Source: a virus. From it: DNA of 64,000 bases. Below the pieces are notes generated by a model. It saw only the letters and a program-made list of their open reading frames with translations, was not told where the DNA came from and ran no database searches. Below, one piece after another: positions 9,901 to 19,721 of the stretch. How positions within the stretch are numbered: position 1 is the stretch's first letter; each line of letters opens with the position of its first letter. The position numbers and the translations under genes are program-made. Where the stretch lies: the IMG/VR virus record IMGVR_UViG_3300043772_001024, positions 47,743 through 111,742 of that record. One strand, given 5' to 3'.

Positions 9901-12517
9901 TAGAGGCATTACCCAATGGGTTAAAAGCATCTGTAAGAAATCCGCCAGTAATACCATTTGCATAATTAAAAAAAGTTTGTCTACTTGTGAAAGTATTAAA
10001 ATCCCAGTCAAAATCATGAAAATTTAATGCACCTCCTGTTATATTTTTACCAGCATATGGTGTTGGTAATGTTGCACCTGGTCCACCATTACCACCTCCA
10101 GCAAGTAACCAATCCATAGCATATTGATTTTCAAAACTACCTAATGGATAATTAATTTGTTTTTTACCCATTCTTCTTAGAAGTGCATCTCCTATACCTG
10201 AAATGATTATGACCCACAATGCATCATTACTCATAAGTTTAAACTTAGGATGACCCTGTGGCTCTATAAATCTTTGTATAGCATTACCTTCAAGATGCCC
10301 GTATAGTTTTAATTCTATTGGGGCCAAGTAAGGATTTCTAAAACTAGTATCTGGTGAATGAAAACTTGTTATGTTTACAGGAACATCTTGATTTAAAAAG
10401 TTATTATTACTATCAACAGACTTTATAAATGGATCATTGTAATACTGATCATTACCTGATGCATTATTTCCTATTGGTATAATTGTATTATAAGGATAGT
10501 TAGCATAAAGACCCGTTCTGTTATTAGCAGGAACACCAACTCTATTATATGTTCTAAAGTTATTCAGCATACCTTTGGCAATAATACTTCTATTACCATC
10601 TCTAGATCCTCTCAATATTTCATATCCTACTATTCCCGGTATATCAAAACCATCATTGTCTTTTGGATATATAATATTCTTAAATTGCACTGACATCATT
10701 CTGATGAATAATGCATTTGTTGCAGGATCTCTTCTAAAATGATAAGCAGCATCAGATGATGTTAACTGTCCTGTGGCTTCATTATAAATTACATTCTCAG
10801 GAAACTTATGATGTCTAATAGGTAGTCCACATAAATCATATGAAGCACTTGGTATAGGTAATCCTGTTACAGAACTCCATGTACCTGTCCAAAAATGTTG
10901 ACTAGCATTCCATATGTCAGGTCTATTATCTGGATACTTTTCTGTAGACTGCCAATAACCCATCTTACCCGCAGCAATTACTCTACCACCATCAGGCAGT
11001 GTATAAGGATAAAAGTTAGGTGATGGTGGCTGATTCAGTCTTGCTGTATTTATAGTTTGGAATAACAAGGTATCTCCAGGAAAACTATCTGAGTTTGAAT
11101 AAGGTAAATCTTCACGAATACCTGGTGCAGGTCCCCAATTTTCAGCAGCTCTTCCTGGAATATGATATGATGCAGACTTATCTCCTGTGTTGTATACCCA
11201 TCTTATAAAAAAAGTATATACCTCATCTCTCATAAAATTAGTCTTTGAGCCTCCTCTAAAATAATAATTGGAAGGGTACTCTACTGAAACCCATTCGGTT
11301 TCAATTAAATTTGCTAAGGGTTGATAGTTAAAATCAAACTTTGATGTTGGCCCTACTCTAAGCAAATAAGTATTTAACTGAGCCATTTGATCTGACTTCT
11401 CAAATACAGGAGTCATCAAAGGTATGAGTGTAATATCTATAGATTCAAAGCTAGGTTTGTACTGGTCTATAAATATGTTTCTAGTATTTGTAGAATAGTA
11501 TCCAATTACTCTAGCAACAGTATTCTCATTTATGTTTGCAACAAGTACAAGTTGGAACTCATCAAAATTTTCTGTGTCAGCTTCTACTTCTAATTGTAAT
11601 GAACCTTGTGTAGAATTAACAGTATAAACAGGTTGTACATTACTAGCTGTAAAATAATCTGATATCTTTTCTCCTTTTATTGTATATGCAATAACTGCAT
11701 AGTAACTACCATTTTCTAATGAACCTGAACCATCACCAAGTCTTAAATTAAGACAAGGTGTATCCATCAATCTTGCTAATCTTGTTTTTTCACAATCAAG
11801 TGTATTAATAGAATTACAAGTAATACAACCGTCTATAGGATGTCCTGCTGGCCATACACCAGGTTGAGTCTGACTTGTATTAGATGAGTCAGTACATATT
11901 TGATTCCATTCTACACCTGGCCAAAGAATGTTTGTACCATTACCATTTGAGTAAAAGTTAACAGTTGTGGATCCTGAACCACCACCTAACCAAACATAAT
12001 CAGAACTAGGCCAAGTTTTTGGATCACCAACATTTAAATATCTATCTGGATTTTTACCATCAGCCCAATATACCTGCCAAGAACAATCTTCTTTTTCTCT
12101 TGCTGCTCCAGATATTAAATGTGCTTTACTAAAACCTAAACATGCATCTTGAACAATTGGTCTATATGTACATGAGGCTTCTTCAAACAAACCTATTTCA
12201 GATACTCTTGGTAAAATCTCAACAGCACTTGCATGAGAAGCTGTAAACACAATCCATTTATCACTAAACATGTGTATCATTCCTATAACATATCTGAATG
12301 AAAAAGCACTATTAATTGTTGCTCCAGCTGTTGCACAAAGTATATTTGAAACTTCATTGGATATTGTACCTACATCACCTTCAATAGTGTTGTTAACCAC
12401 ATTCCTTGCATAACTCCACATACCTTCTTGAATAAATGCGGGGTCACTATCTTTATGAAGACCCTTTATAAAGGTATTAGTCTTACTAGTATTTAAGTTT
12501 CCTTTTTCTTCTGCCAT
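6950..12517 (-). CDS. Tail stabilisation / muzzle protein (crAss Tstab, P22 gp10-like)
   Basis: 1855 aa; N-terminal F.KGL..D...NVVN...G.ISNE and C-terminal WTVSYDP..QFWISFHDW.P features typical of this family; follows the ring genes. Confidence 0.8.
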   Translation of the reverse strand: MAEEKGNLNTSKTNTFIKGLHKDSDPAFIQEGMWSYARNVVNNTIEGDVGTISNEVSNILCATAGATINSAFSFRYVIGMIHMFSDKWIVFTASHASAVEILPRVSEIGLFEEASCTYRPIVQDACLGFSKAHLISGAAREKEDCSWQVYWADGKNPDRYLNVGDPKTWPSSDYVWLGGGSGSTTVNFYSNGNGTNILWPGVEWNQICTDSSNTSQTQPGVWPAGHPIDGCITCNSINTLDCEKTRLARLMDTPCLNLRLGDGSGSLENGSYYAVIAYTIKGEKISDYFTASNVQPVYTVNSTQGSLQLEVEADTENFDEFQLVLVANINENTVARVIGYYSTNTRNIFIDQYKPSFESIDITLIPLMTPVFEKSDQMAQLNTYLLRVGPTSKFDFNYQPLANLIETEWVSVEYPSNYYFRGGSKTNFMRDEVYTFFIRWVYNTGDKSASYHIPGRAAENWGPAPGIREDLPYSNSDSFPGDTLLFQTINTARLNQPPSPNFYPYTLPDGGRVIAAGKMGYWQSTEKYPDNRPDIWNASQHFWTGTWSSVTGLPIPSASYDLCGLPIRHHKFPENVIYNEATGQLTSSDAAYHFRRDPATNALFIRMMSVQFKNIIYPKDNDGFDIPGIVGYEILRGSRDGNRSIIAKGMLNNFRTYNRVGVPANNRTGLYANYPYNTIIPIGNNASGNDQYYNDPFIKSVDSNNNFLNQDVPVNITSFHSPDTSFRNPYLAPIELKLYGHLEGNAIQRFIEPQGHPKFKLMSNDALWVIIISGIGDALLRRMGKKQINYPLGSFENQYAMDWLLAGGGNGGPGATLPTPYAGKNITGGALNFHDFDWDFNTFTSRQTFFNYANGITGGFLTDAFNPLGNASTDGFGSAARNNNRQSLFEGGIFNTNSYTNELSGNAMLPSWTQGLFSALGGVTQISQYFMEGVNAAADLIYALAPYRQYALQLIGHGLYDAFKPFNINDTKRFKIADSSYIFKNISFEIDDYDDTITMNQFQKYTINNYKRSQLLMLRTERANTPTTDGPKLLITGTSGLDQSLGSLGMFDDALGAAGPKFTEKKKSIEFTTRIGSHYSAMKIDNDDQYGQLKSITQFPITPCEQKFDYATLPYTTNNLPAPTNKSVTLKTINQTPVIFGGDTYITRFTEKNPMFFFYNWLYTEPNGYEYNYFNSQMIPEPRYWANSEKYDASQLNIANPGTWTQWINDFYNGTTGDGFLPNDYFNLDHKGYNRGTDKAWSIIPPVSYDGFTNVKNAYFYLSASGVRDFFVESDVINDFREVGVFDYEKAYNPYRYTDLETMFRMDKITATEGNFYLYDYSLSITRLTNRYTSFGFLQSVYYNPEVAELCYTYYPNTITYSLPVSQTSSTDNWFIFLPLNRKEFVSQISGVKNFAKTGAFVTFKNDSPIVFQGVDTLEMDGSGTKVIIGDGGVFAREPQNIVVADKPYMYGSSQGRLSVISTPAGLYYISQDQGKVFSYGEGLQEVSQAGMKWWFDYFLPCKLLEDFPDYPYQDNPVAGVGTQAVYDNYNSVLYFCKKDYKLKEIGPDGFPLAGRVININSGKESYFNYYPYVDGKPSNTPIKLALGDPRIFEDASWTVSYDPKSQFWISFHDWHPDLVMPTKDSFITTQTNKFYKHGANCNDYCNFYGVQYPFEIEFPITTGQSVTTVKSIEYVLECYRRERRFCSDQFHILDYNFDRLVIHNSEQISGYLNLNVFPKNNIALSLLYPQLNINNNSYDILFSKEENKYRVNQFWDITKDRGEFPNGSGYPPSGQLIPGTTTLLGNYPENMLWITEANGYKKAINPQAVDYNKSLLQRKKFRHMVNFMYLSKADSRDTNMILKLFNSKNQYSLR

Positions 12518-12519
12518 GA

Positions 12520-13563
12520 TTATAGTACTCTAGATACACCATTAATTCCGTAAAATGCTCTATTTGGAGAATAGCTTTTAAACATGTCATAGTATTTACT
12601 ATACATAGCTTTTCTATTTGTCCACCACATTTGTTCTAGTTCTTTAAAGTTTGGAGTGTTAACTAAACTCAAAGCTTGGTTTCTTGCAGCTCTAAGCTTT
12701 TGTTCTACAAGTTGTAATCTTGCAGATACATCTTCTCCATTCATAAATAAGTTTTCAAGCAGCCTTTGTTTTATTGCATACTCATAATAATCATTAAGCA
12801 AGTCATGATCAGGTACAAGTAAATTACCTGCTTCATCTTCCATAGCTCCTTGGTAATTAAGATATACCTTACCTGTCTCAAATGTTGTAAATAAAAATCC
12901 ATCTTTTATCCAACCTTGATTAGCAGTATCATAATATAAGTTAGGACAATCACATTCTATTTCCTGACTCTGTTTCATTCTTAATGGAATTAATCTAGAA
13001 TATTTTCTTGTGGCTCCTGTATTTAATATTTGAATCAACTCATACTTTTCACCTTTGCAATTCATAAATACCCGTGGAGGTACACATGTATTACCATATG
13101 GATTATCAGGATCATACTCAGTTGGTATTGGATCTACTATAGGATGATTAAGATCACAAGCTGCAGTATGTTTACATGGATTAGCATTACATGATCTGCA
13201 GTTAACACTTGGTGGTGCACATTGATTTACTGTTGATGGTACTTCATGATAAGGTACTTCTTGTATATTAGTTCCACCGGACATTCCACCATAACCAACA
13301 TGGTCTTCATACTCTCCACAGATAAAAGCAAAATTAAATGTATAAAAATTATCAGGTAACTTTACTTTATTATGACAAACCTCAAGTACAACTTCTCTTG
13401 TTTGATTTATCCTTAGACCAAGATCATAGTTTATTCTTTTAGCAACTTTAATTAATTGCTGAGGCTCTATCATATTTTCTAGAGCAAGAGTATTCATGTC
13501 TATTGATACATCTTCTAAGAGTTGATCAAAAGGTCTGTAACGGAGAGTGTAATTGAAATCCAT
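12520..13563 (-). CDS. Tail ring / tubular protein with Cys-rich insertion
   Basis: 347 aa; KVKLPDNF, GFLFTTFETGKVYLNY, DEAGNLLVPD motifs; directly upstream of Tstab. Confidence 0.65.
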   Translation of the reverse strand: MDFNYTLRYRPFDQLLEDVSIDMNTLALENMIEPQQLIKVAKRINYDLGLRINQTREVVLEVCHNKVKLPDNFYTFNFAFICGEYEDHVGYGGMSGGTNIQEVPYHEVPSTVNQCAPPSVNCRSCNANPCKHTAACDLNHPIVDPIPTEYDPDNPYGNTCVPPRVFMNCKGEKYELIQILNTGATRKYSRLIPLRMKQSQEIECDCPNLYYDTANQGWIKDGFLFTTFETGKVYLNYQGAMEDEAGNLLVPDHDLLNDYYEYAIKQRLLENLFMNGEDVSARLQLVEQKLRAARNQALSLVNTPNFKELEQMWWTNRKAMYSKYYDMFKSYSPNRAFYGINGVSRVL

Positions 13564-14225
13564 TATCTTAATGAGTTTTGACTATCATCTGCACCATCAG
13601 CTGGCATCTGTGTAATAGTAGTTAATTCTTTTAATACAAACTGTTCAGCTTCTGAAAATAAATAATCAGGAATTGCTAAAGGTTCATCCTGTTTTATTTG
13701 ACAATCATCAGTATCACATGTTTCTACTTTGTTTTCAAATATGGCTTCCATTCTTATAGCATCCCAGTCTATGTTAGGACAGTATACATAACCATTAAGA
13801 TACCAGAAATATGGTCTCTTGTTATATTTGAATGTGCTAGATTTAGTTATAGACACCCATGTTCCAGGGTCTGTTCTAAACATTTCTATAGATCCATCTA
13901 TAGAAGATGTAGTACGGATAATTGGTCCAAACATACCATCTAATATACTTGGTAATTTATCTTTAGATCTTTTAAAATAACATTCTGAATATACACCAAT
14001 ACAACCAGCCTCTACTCTATCAACATCTATAAGTTCAATATATGGTAGAACTTGAAAGATCTGACTCATCTTCATTAACCTGAACTGATTGTCTTCTCTT
14101 TTAATTAATGTCTTTGCATATTTACTAAGAGCAAAATAGATTGTCCTATCAGTTAAGAAAGCATCTTCCTTAACAGCTTTAAGAGCATTTCTTACTCTTG
14201 ATATGGCTTCTCCTATTGTTGTCAT
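13563..14225 (-). CDS. Tail ring protein
   Basis: 220 aa; YFWYLNGYVY and IPDYL motifs; synteny with crAss ring genes. Confidence 0.6.
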   Translation of the reverse strand: MTTIGEAISRVRNALKAVKEDAFLTDRTIYFALSKYAKTLIKREDNQFRLMKMSQIFQVLPYIELIDVDRVEAGCIGVYSECYFKRSKDKLPSILDGMFGPIIRTTSSIDGSIEMFRTDPGTWVSITKSSTFKYNKRPYFWYLNGYVYCPNIDWDAIRMEAIFENKVETCDTDDCQIKQDEPLAIPDYLFSEAEQFVLKELTTITQMPADGADDSQNSLR

Positions 14226-14803
14226 ATGTCAAATTCATTATATGTTTTCAATTCCTTTTTCTGTTTCTTGACAAGCATATCTATATATGTTGCCTTTTGG
14301 TAGATCAGTCTAAGTTTTGCAGTAGGATCTACTACCACATACATATTCCAATTTTCAGGATAACTCTTAGCAACTTTTCTTTTAAAGTCCCTACATGCAA
14401 CAAAACTCCAAAACTCTCTGTTTTTCATTTTATGTTTTAGTGCATGACTGGTAAAAAAGATTTTAGCTAACTTTCCATCTGTATCCCAATTTCTGTTTGT
14501 TACTGTCATCCCATATTTATGAGACTTTACAAAGTCAATATTTTTTTTCTTACTTTCTTGACATGTTCCAATGAACAACCAACCTATTTGCTCTGGGAGC
14601 TGGACACCATCTCTTTTATCAATCACTGTTTGATAAACTGTAGTGTTAAACTTCTTAACTATAGTTTTTAATACAGTGTTATCAATATCCTTATACTTTG
14701 AATATTTTTTCTTAAACTTTTCAAAGAACTCTTTATTTAGAACATTGTGTACATCTGGTCTAAATCTTGGAGCTTTTACATCTGGCTTATTAAATTCCTT
14801 CAT
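14222..14803 (-). CDS. IHF/HU-like basic DNA-binding protein (crAss structural-block type)
   Basis: 193 aa, Lys-rich, VQLPEQIGWLFIG pattern resembling an IHF-like beta strand; conserved position before the ring genes. Confidence 0.5.
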   Translation of the reverse strand: MKEFNKPDVKAPRFRPDVHNVLNKEFFEKFKKKYSKYKDIDNTVLKTIVKKFNTTVYQTVIDKRDGVQLPEQIGWLFIGTCQESKKKNIDFVKSHKYGMTVTNRNWDTDGKLAKIFFTSHALKHKMKNREFWSFVACRDFKRKVAKSYPENWNMYVVVDPTAKLRLIYQKATYIDMLVKKQKKELKTYNEFDI

Positions 14804-14921
14804 GCTATTACTATTAATATACTAAAAATAAATGAGACTAACAAATGTAACTAAAAAACAAAACCCCCACAAGTGTGAGGGTTTGTCTTGTTGTCACAGA
14901 AACCAACAACCTGTAACTTCT

Positions 14922-15167
14922 TTAAGGATTACACAACTGAGCTACTATACTTTGTAAAGCTGTAGCTAAGTTTGTGTTTGTTGCTATTAATATTGTTTCA
15001 CCACACATAATATTTGGACCAGTATATATAATACACTGAGCATCCATTATCTCAGAACATGGTTCTGGATTAGGACATCCAATTGGAGTTGGACATGGTG
15101 CAGGACTTGGCATGAAGCTATCTTCACATCCGCATTTCTTACATGTATTTGTTGTTGTAGTTGTCAT
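14922..15167 (-). CDS. Small Cys-rich putative structural protein
   Basis: 81 aa; CKKCGC, C..IMDAQCIIYTGP similar to the N-terminus of the neighbouring 559 aa protein (SNCVIWQGP). Confidence 0.65.
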   Translation of the reverse strand: MTTTTTNTCKKCGCEDSFMPSPAPCPTPIGCPNPEPCSEIMDAQCIIYTGPNIMCGETILIATNTNLATALQSIVAQLCNP

Positions 15168-15177
15168 TACTTAATAT

Positions 15178-16857
15178 TTAAGGACAAGAATAATTTTTAA
15201 TATCTGTTGTACATGGATCTAAATATGCAATAAGCCCATCAAGTTGTACCCAACCAAATCCACCAACATTAGTTTCATTATTAGCATCACAACTAAATGG
15301 ATATGTTAATGTTGCATCGTAGTCTAATGTAACTGCTTGAGCACCTGATGCTGGTGAACTATTCATTACACTAGATGCACTCTGATATAATGGAACATAT
15401 TCTCCAGATCTTACATGTGATATAACATTATTTGCAATAGATGTGCTATATGGATTACCTATAGTCCCACCTGTTCCTGCTGATTCTTCATAATCTTTTA
15501 TTAATGTTAATATTAATGTTTTATTTGAAGTAATGATTGGTTTTACTAAAGTAGTTAGCATACCACTGTATAATGGTACAGAACTTATGTTTATAAATCT
15601 ATAAGCTAATGTATAATTTAGAAAATAACTATTATCAAAATTAGTTCCTGCATCAACTATAGAAGTTGGTATAACTGACAAACCTTGATTAAATGTAATT
15701 GAACCACCAGAGTTTAATACTACTGATCCAGGACCAGCTTGTGATGGAGCTACTGTTGTGTTTAAGAAATAAGTATCAGTTAGTGGTGCTGATCCATTAT
15801 AATCCCATATCAATGGTTGATTACTATTTAAAGGATCTTGTAAAGGAATCATTACAACCCCTCTAAAATGAACAGCATTTCCTATTCTTCTACATTGAGG
15901 TACTTTTTTATTTGCAATATTAAATGTCCCATACCATGCAAATCCATCTAGATCCACCCAACCTGTATCTTGTATATTTGCAGTTAATACTCCGGCAGTC
16001 AAATCTAAATTTACACTGCTTGTATTACTTGTGCTTACAAGTCCAGTACTAACTGCAGCATATACATCACATATTACAATCCAAGCATTAGTAATGCTTT
16101 CTGCAAGAGTTGCTGGAACAGGAGTCCAATTTGGATCTGTAGTTACATCTGTTCCAAAAGCACATGCTGGAACTAATGCATTACCAATATCTGCTGGAGT
16201 ACCTAATACACCTAACAAAGAACAATAACCACCAGCTACACTATTTATTAATTGATCTAATACATTATCAATAGCATATGTATTTCCTGCAATCAATGTA
16301 CCAATATTACATCCAACTATAATTGTTGGTGTAGGTGTTACTGGTGGAGGTGTATTTTCTATTGCAGTTACTCTAACTAATAAATCTGTAATTTGAATCT
16401 GTAAGTTTAAAATCTCATCTATTATAGATGTGATCTTTTGACCAATCATTAATACATAATCTACTAACTGCATAGTAGTTTGTGTACCTACAACAAAAGG
16501 TTCTGCTACAGTCACAACACAGTCAGGACATGTTGATGTTGATCTTAATCCTCTTGTACCACCAGCTAACTCTGTTTCATTAATATTTTCAAGAGCACAT
16601 ACTCTGTCAATAAGCAACTGAATTAGTTTTTGAAAATCATCTGGAGGACATGCTATTAAATTAAAACATGATAAATCATAGTTTGTAATTTTAAGAGTGT
16701 CCATTATAGCACACAGTTCTGTAGCTAATTTTTCTATTACATCAGATACAGTATCTCCTGTACATAATTTAATACAAGGAATATCTGGACCTTGCCATAT
16801 CACACAATTACTTGATATTGGGCTACATGGTCTATTATCTAAGTTTAATGGTTTCAT
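15178..16857 (-). CDS. Putative fibre/structural protein with Cys-rich N-terminus and coiled coil
   Basis: 559 aa; coiled-coil segments; DTGWVDL...RRIGNAVHFRG resembles fibre/RBP head domains. Confidence 0.6.
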   Translation of the reverse strand: MKPLNLDNRPCSPISSNCVIWQGPDIPCIKLCTGDTVSDVIEKLATELCAIMDTLKITNYDLSCFNLIACPPDDFQKLIQLLIDRVCALENINETELAGGTRGLRSTSTCPDCVVTVAEPFVVGTQTTMQLVDYVLMIGQKITSIIDEILNLQIQITDLLVRVTAIENTPPPVTPTPTIIVGCNIGTLIAGNTYAIDNVLDQLINSVAGGYCSLLGVLGTPADIGNALVPACAFGTDVTTDPNWTPVPATLAESITNAWIVICDVYAAVSTGLVSTSNTSSVNLDLTAGVLTANIQDTGWVDLDGFAWYGTFNIANKKVPQCRRIGNAVHFRGVVMIPLQDPLNSNQPLIWDYNGSAPLTDTYFLNTTVAPSQAGPGSVVLNSGGSITFNQGLSVIPTSIVDAGTNFDNSYFLNYTLAYRFINISSVPLYSGMLTTLVKPIITSNKTLILTLIKDYEESAGTGGTIGNPYSTSIANNVISHVRSGEYVPLYQSASSVMNSSPASGAQAVTLDYDATLTYPFSCDANNETNVGGFGWVQLDGLIAYLDPCTTDIKNYSCP

Positions 16858-16876
16858 ATATATAATATACTAATTA

Positions 16877-18895
16877 TTATTGAGAATTACAAGTTTTTAA
16901 TGTGGTGTTGCATCCACATCCACATGTAGGTGTATTATTACAACATGTCTGAACAGGTTTGCAGATATAGTCAGGGTCAACTAAAGCAGCCAAATCTATT
17001 AGCTCTTTTTTGATTAACCACTTTTCATCATCTTCAGGACAACAATTGCTTAGCCCATATCTAAGTCTCATGACTTCTTTATATAGTATCTCTGATGCTC
17101 TACAAGTAATCTTTTCCCATTTATCTATATCACATGTTGGTACAGAGTATCCAGGTTTAATTTTTCTTTTAGGAGTTATAATTGGACATACAAGTGTTGG
17201 TGTGTAACATACTGTAGTTTTTTCAAACTGAATGCTCCCTGTTCCTACAATATATATGTTACTTGATGTTTGATTATCAACACCACAAATTGTTATTATG
17301 TATGGACTCTTTTGTGTTATTGTTTGTTGAGACTCAACATTACCACTACAATTTTTATAATAAAGTGTTGCAGTTGTATCAGAACCAATAGTAATATTAT
17401 ATTCATAACAAAAATCACCACCAAGAACACAGTCTCCAAATATCTCTAGATTATCTGTCTCAGGATAATCAGTTACCCATCTCTTAAGACAAATTTTTCC
17501 ACTAGTTGCCCCTGCAGTTAATCTTAATGATACACTGTTATCATCACAATCTATATACTCATATTCTTTCTCTTCAGTGCTATAGTTTGTTATTCTGTTG
17601 CATAGACATGGTAGTGGAGGAGTACAACTTGGACAATCAACATAAGTATTAGTTACTGTAACAGGTACAGGATTTATTGGTACTTCAACTTCTGTTATAC
17701 TCCAACAACCCTCGCACCCTTGTACATTAACTATATCATCAAGATATGCAGAAAGATCAGAACCTGTATATATAGGATCAAGTATCTCATTACAATCTTC
17801 TAATATGTAATACTGAGTTAAACATTCAACACATGAGTTAAATGAAGTTAGTATAACTACAGTAGTTTCACTTGGTGGTTGATAATTAATAAGCTCTACA
17901 AAAAAACAACCACAATCTTCTAGTTTAACATATTGTCCTACATAGTCTGCTAGGTCTTGATATGTGTATTTAATATCATTAGCATTTTCACAACTAGTTA
18001 ACTTGTAAGCAATGATTGGTAAACATTCTGAACAAGATCCGTATTCTTGAGTTACTATGACATTAACTGTACAATCACAAATTTCTTCAGACTCAGCAAC
18101 AGACCAGCATCCATCATAACCCGCTATTTGTACTACAGTGTTTGTATCAACATATTGAGACAGACTTTGCAGTGTAGAATATATTATTTCTTTTGTATCA
18201 CAGTTAGTAAGTTCATAGCACTCCGTAGGGCATTGTCCATCAATACATAATCCATTATCAGTAACCTGATAGTTAGGTAGTTTACCATTTACTATTGGTC
18301 TTATTTGTGAACAAAAACCTAATGTCTCACCAATGGTTTCCTGTAAAACTCCATCACAGTCTATATATGTAAGTAACTTAAATTGGCCAGTTACATCATA
18401 ACATTTACAAGGACATGGTTCAGGACCAACATCATCTAGTATAAAATCATTAAATGGACTATTGCAATAACCTGCATTTTCTAATACAAACCATGTTGAA
18501 TTTTCACCATCAGCTACTATAACAACATATTGACCTACAACACTTTCTAAATCTGGATTTGTACTATTAAAAAATTGACCATCACAGTTATATAATGTGT
18601 AACACGTTGTTTGACAGTCTGGACATTCTTCTGTATAATCAGTACACTTTGCTTCAGGATCTAATGTTACTATTGTAAAATAAGCTAAGGATGGTGCTGG
18701 ATTTAATCCAGACCAATCACCAGTTAAGTATGTAGTTACTCTGTAACATGAATCTGAAAATCCTGGAAATAGTGTAGTAGGTTTTACAAGTGTTCCATAG
18801 TCTGTTGTACCATCATATAGAAATTCTAAAAAGACAGTTTCATCACAACAACTTGTGAACCTTATTACAATACGTTCAAATGTTACAGCAGCCAT
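16877..18895 (-). CDS. Cys-rich repeat structural protein
   Basis: 672 aa with two interleaved families of Cys-containing repeats. Confidence 0.7.
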   Translation of the reverse strand: MAAVTFERIVIRFTSCCDETVFLEFLYDGTTDYGTLVKPTTLFPGFSDSCYRVTTYLTGDWSGLNPAPSLAYFTIVTLDPEAKCTDYTEECPDCQTTCYTLYNCDGQFFNSTNPDLESVVGQYVVIVADGENSTWFVLENAGYCNSPFNDFILDDVGPEPCPCKCYDVTGQFKLLTYIDCDGVLQETIGETLGFCSQIRPIVNGKLPNYQVTDNGLCIDGQCPTECYELTNCDTKEIIYSTLQSLSQYVDTNTVVQIAGYDGCWSVAESEEICDCTVNVIVTQEYGSCSECLPIIAYKLTSCENANDIKYTYQDLADYVGQYVKLEDCGCFFVELINYQPPSETTVVILTSFNSCVECLTQYYILEDCNEILDPIYTGSDLSAYLDDIVNVQGCEGCWSITEVEVPINPVPVTVTNTYVDCPSCTPPLPCLCNRITNYSTEEKEYEYIDCDDNSVSLRLTAGATSGKICLKRWVTDYPETDNLEIFGDCVLGGDFCYEYNITIGSDTTATLYYKNCSGNVESQQTITQKSPYIITICGVDNQTSSNIYIVGTGSIQFEKTTVCYTPTLVCPIITPKRKIKPGYSVPTCDIDKWEKITCRASEILYKEVMRLRYGLSNCCPEDDEKWLIKKELIDLAALVDPDYICKPVQTCCNNTPTCGCGCNTTLKTCNSQ

Positions 18896-18896
18896 T

Positions 18897-19088
18897 TTAT
18901 TTGGTAAATTTCTTCAGGTTTAAATATCTATTTGGTCCCCAAGTATTTGTGGTTGTAACAGGTTTAGCTGGAGTAACAGTTTGAGCTACTTTGGTAGCAC
19001 AGCTACTACATCCTTGCTTTCCATTTGAAAGTGTTCTCTTCTGACATCCACAACTTAATTTGGCTCCACAATTAGGACAACTACTCAT
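18897..19088 (-). CDS. Small Cys-rich protein
   Basis: 63 aa; CPNC...CGC...CSSC; AAACCAACA leader. Confidence 0.7.
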   Translation of the reverse strand: MSSCPNCGAKLSCGCQKRTLSNGKQGCSSCATKVAQTVTPAKPVTTTNTWGPNRYLNLKKFTK

Positions 19089-19107
19089 TTTGTTGGTTTT
19101 TATTGGT

Positions 19108-19650
19108 TTAACAATTAGTACAAGTTAATTTATTTAAAAGCTTAAGTGCATAATTGTACAAGCTCATTCCTTTCTGAGGCTCATGACAATATTCTACTTT
19201 TGCTTTTGCAGCTTGAAGATACATATTAATTAATCTTAAAGCTTCTAATTTCTTTTTGACTGCTGCTGGCGGATCACATGCTGCAGCATCTACATCACAC
19301 AATACTTTATTGTACTTTATTAAAGCTTGTGTAATTCTCATATGGTTGTACTCTACATATACTTGATCATTAGGAGATACACTATACTTAATGATGTATA
19401 TACCATCAGGTATATCATAGTTAATTGTACCGCAATCTACAGTTTGTAACTGAAGGTCACATGCAGTTATTGTCTCCGCAAAGTTTTCAGTAGTATCTAG
19501 CTGTACTGAATATCCAAATCCAGGTACAGTAATGTTTAATGTAGGACAAGATACCGGAAGTAATGGTGTATAAACACTTGTATCAAATAACTTCATGATA
19601 CATGAGTTCATCACAGTAGGTACTTCTAAACTTAATACATGATTTGCCAT
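19108..19650 (-). CDS. Putative structural protein
   Basis: 180 aa; IPDGIYIIKYSV motif; in the structural operon. Confidence 0.6.
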   Translation of the reverse strand: MANHVLSLEVPTVMNSCIMKLFDTSVYTPLLPVSCPTLNITVPGFGYSVQLDTTENFAETITACDLQLQTVDCGTINYDIPDGIYIIKYSVSPNDQVYVEYNHMRITQALIKYNKVLCDVDAAACDPPAAVKKKLEALRLINMYLQAAKAKVEYCHEPQKGMSLYNYALKLLNKLTCTNC

Positions 19651-19662
19651 GATATTTATAAT

Positions 19663-19697
19663 AAAAAAGGGGAGGAGTTTGAAACTCTTCTCCCCTT
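19663..19697 (-). terminator. Intrinsic terminator after the 19722 gene
   Basis: GGGGAGAAGAG/CTCCTCCCC hairpin plus U6 on the minus strand. Confidence 0.8.
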
Positions 19698-19721
19698 ATT
19701 GTTTATAGTTAACTTATTGTC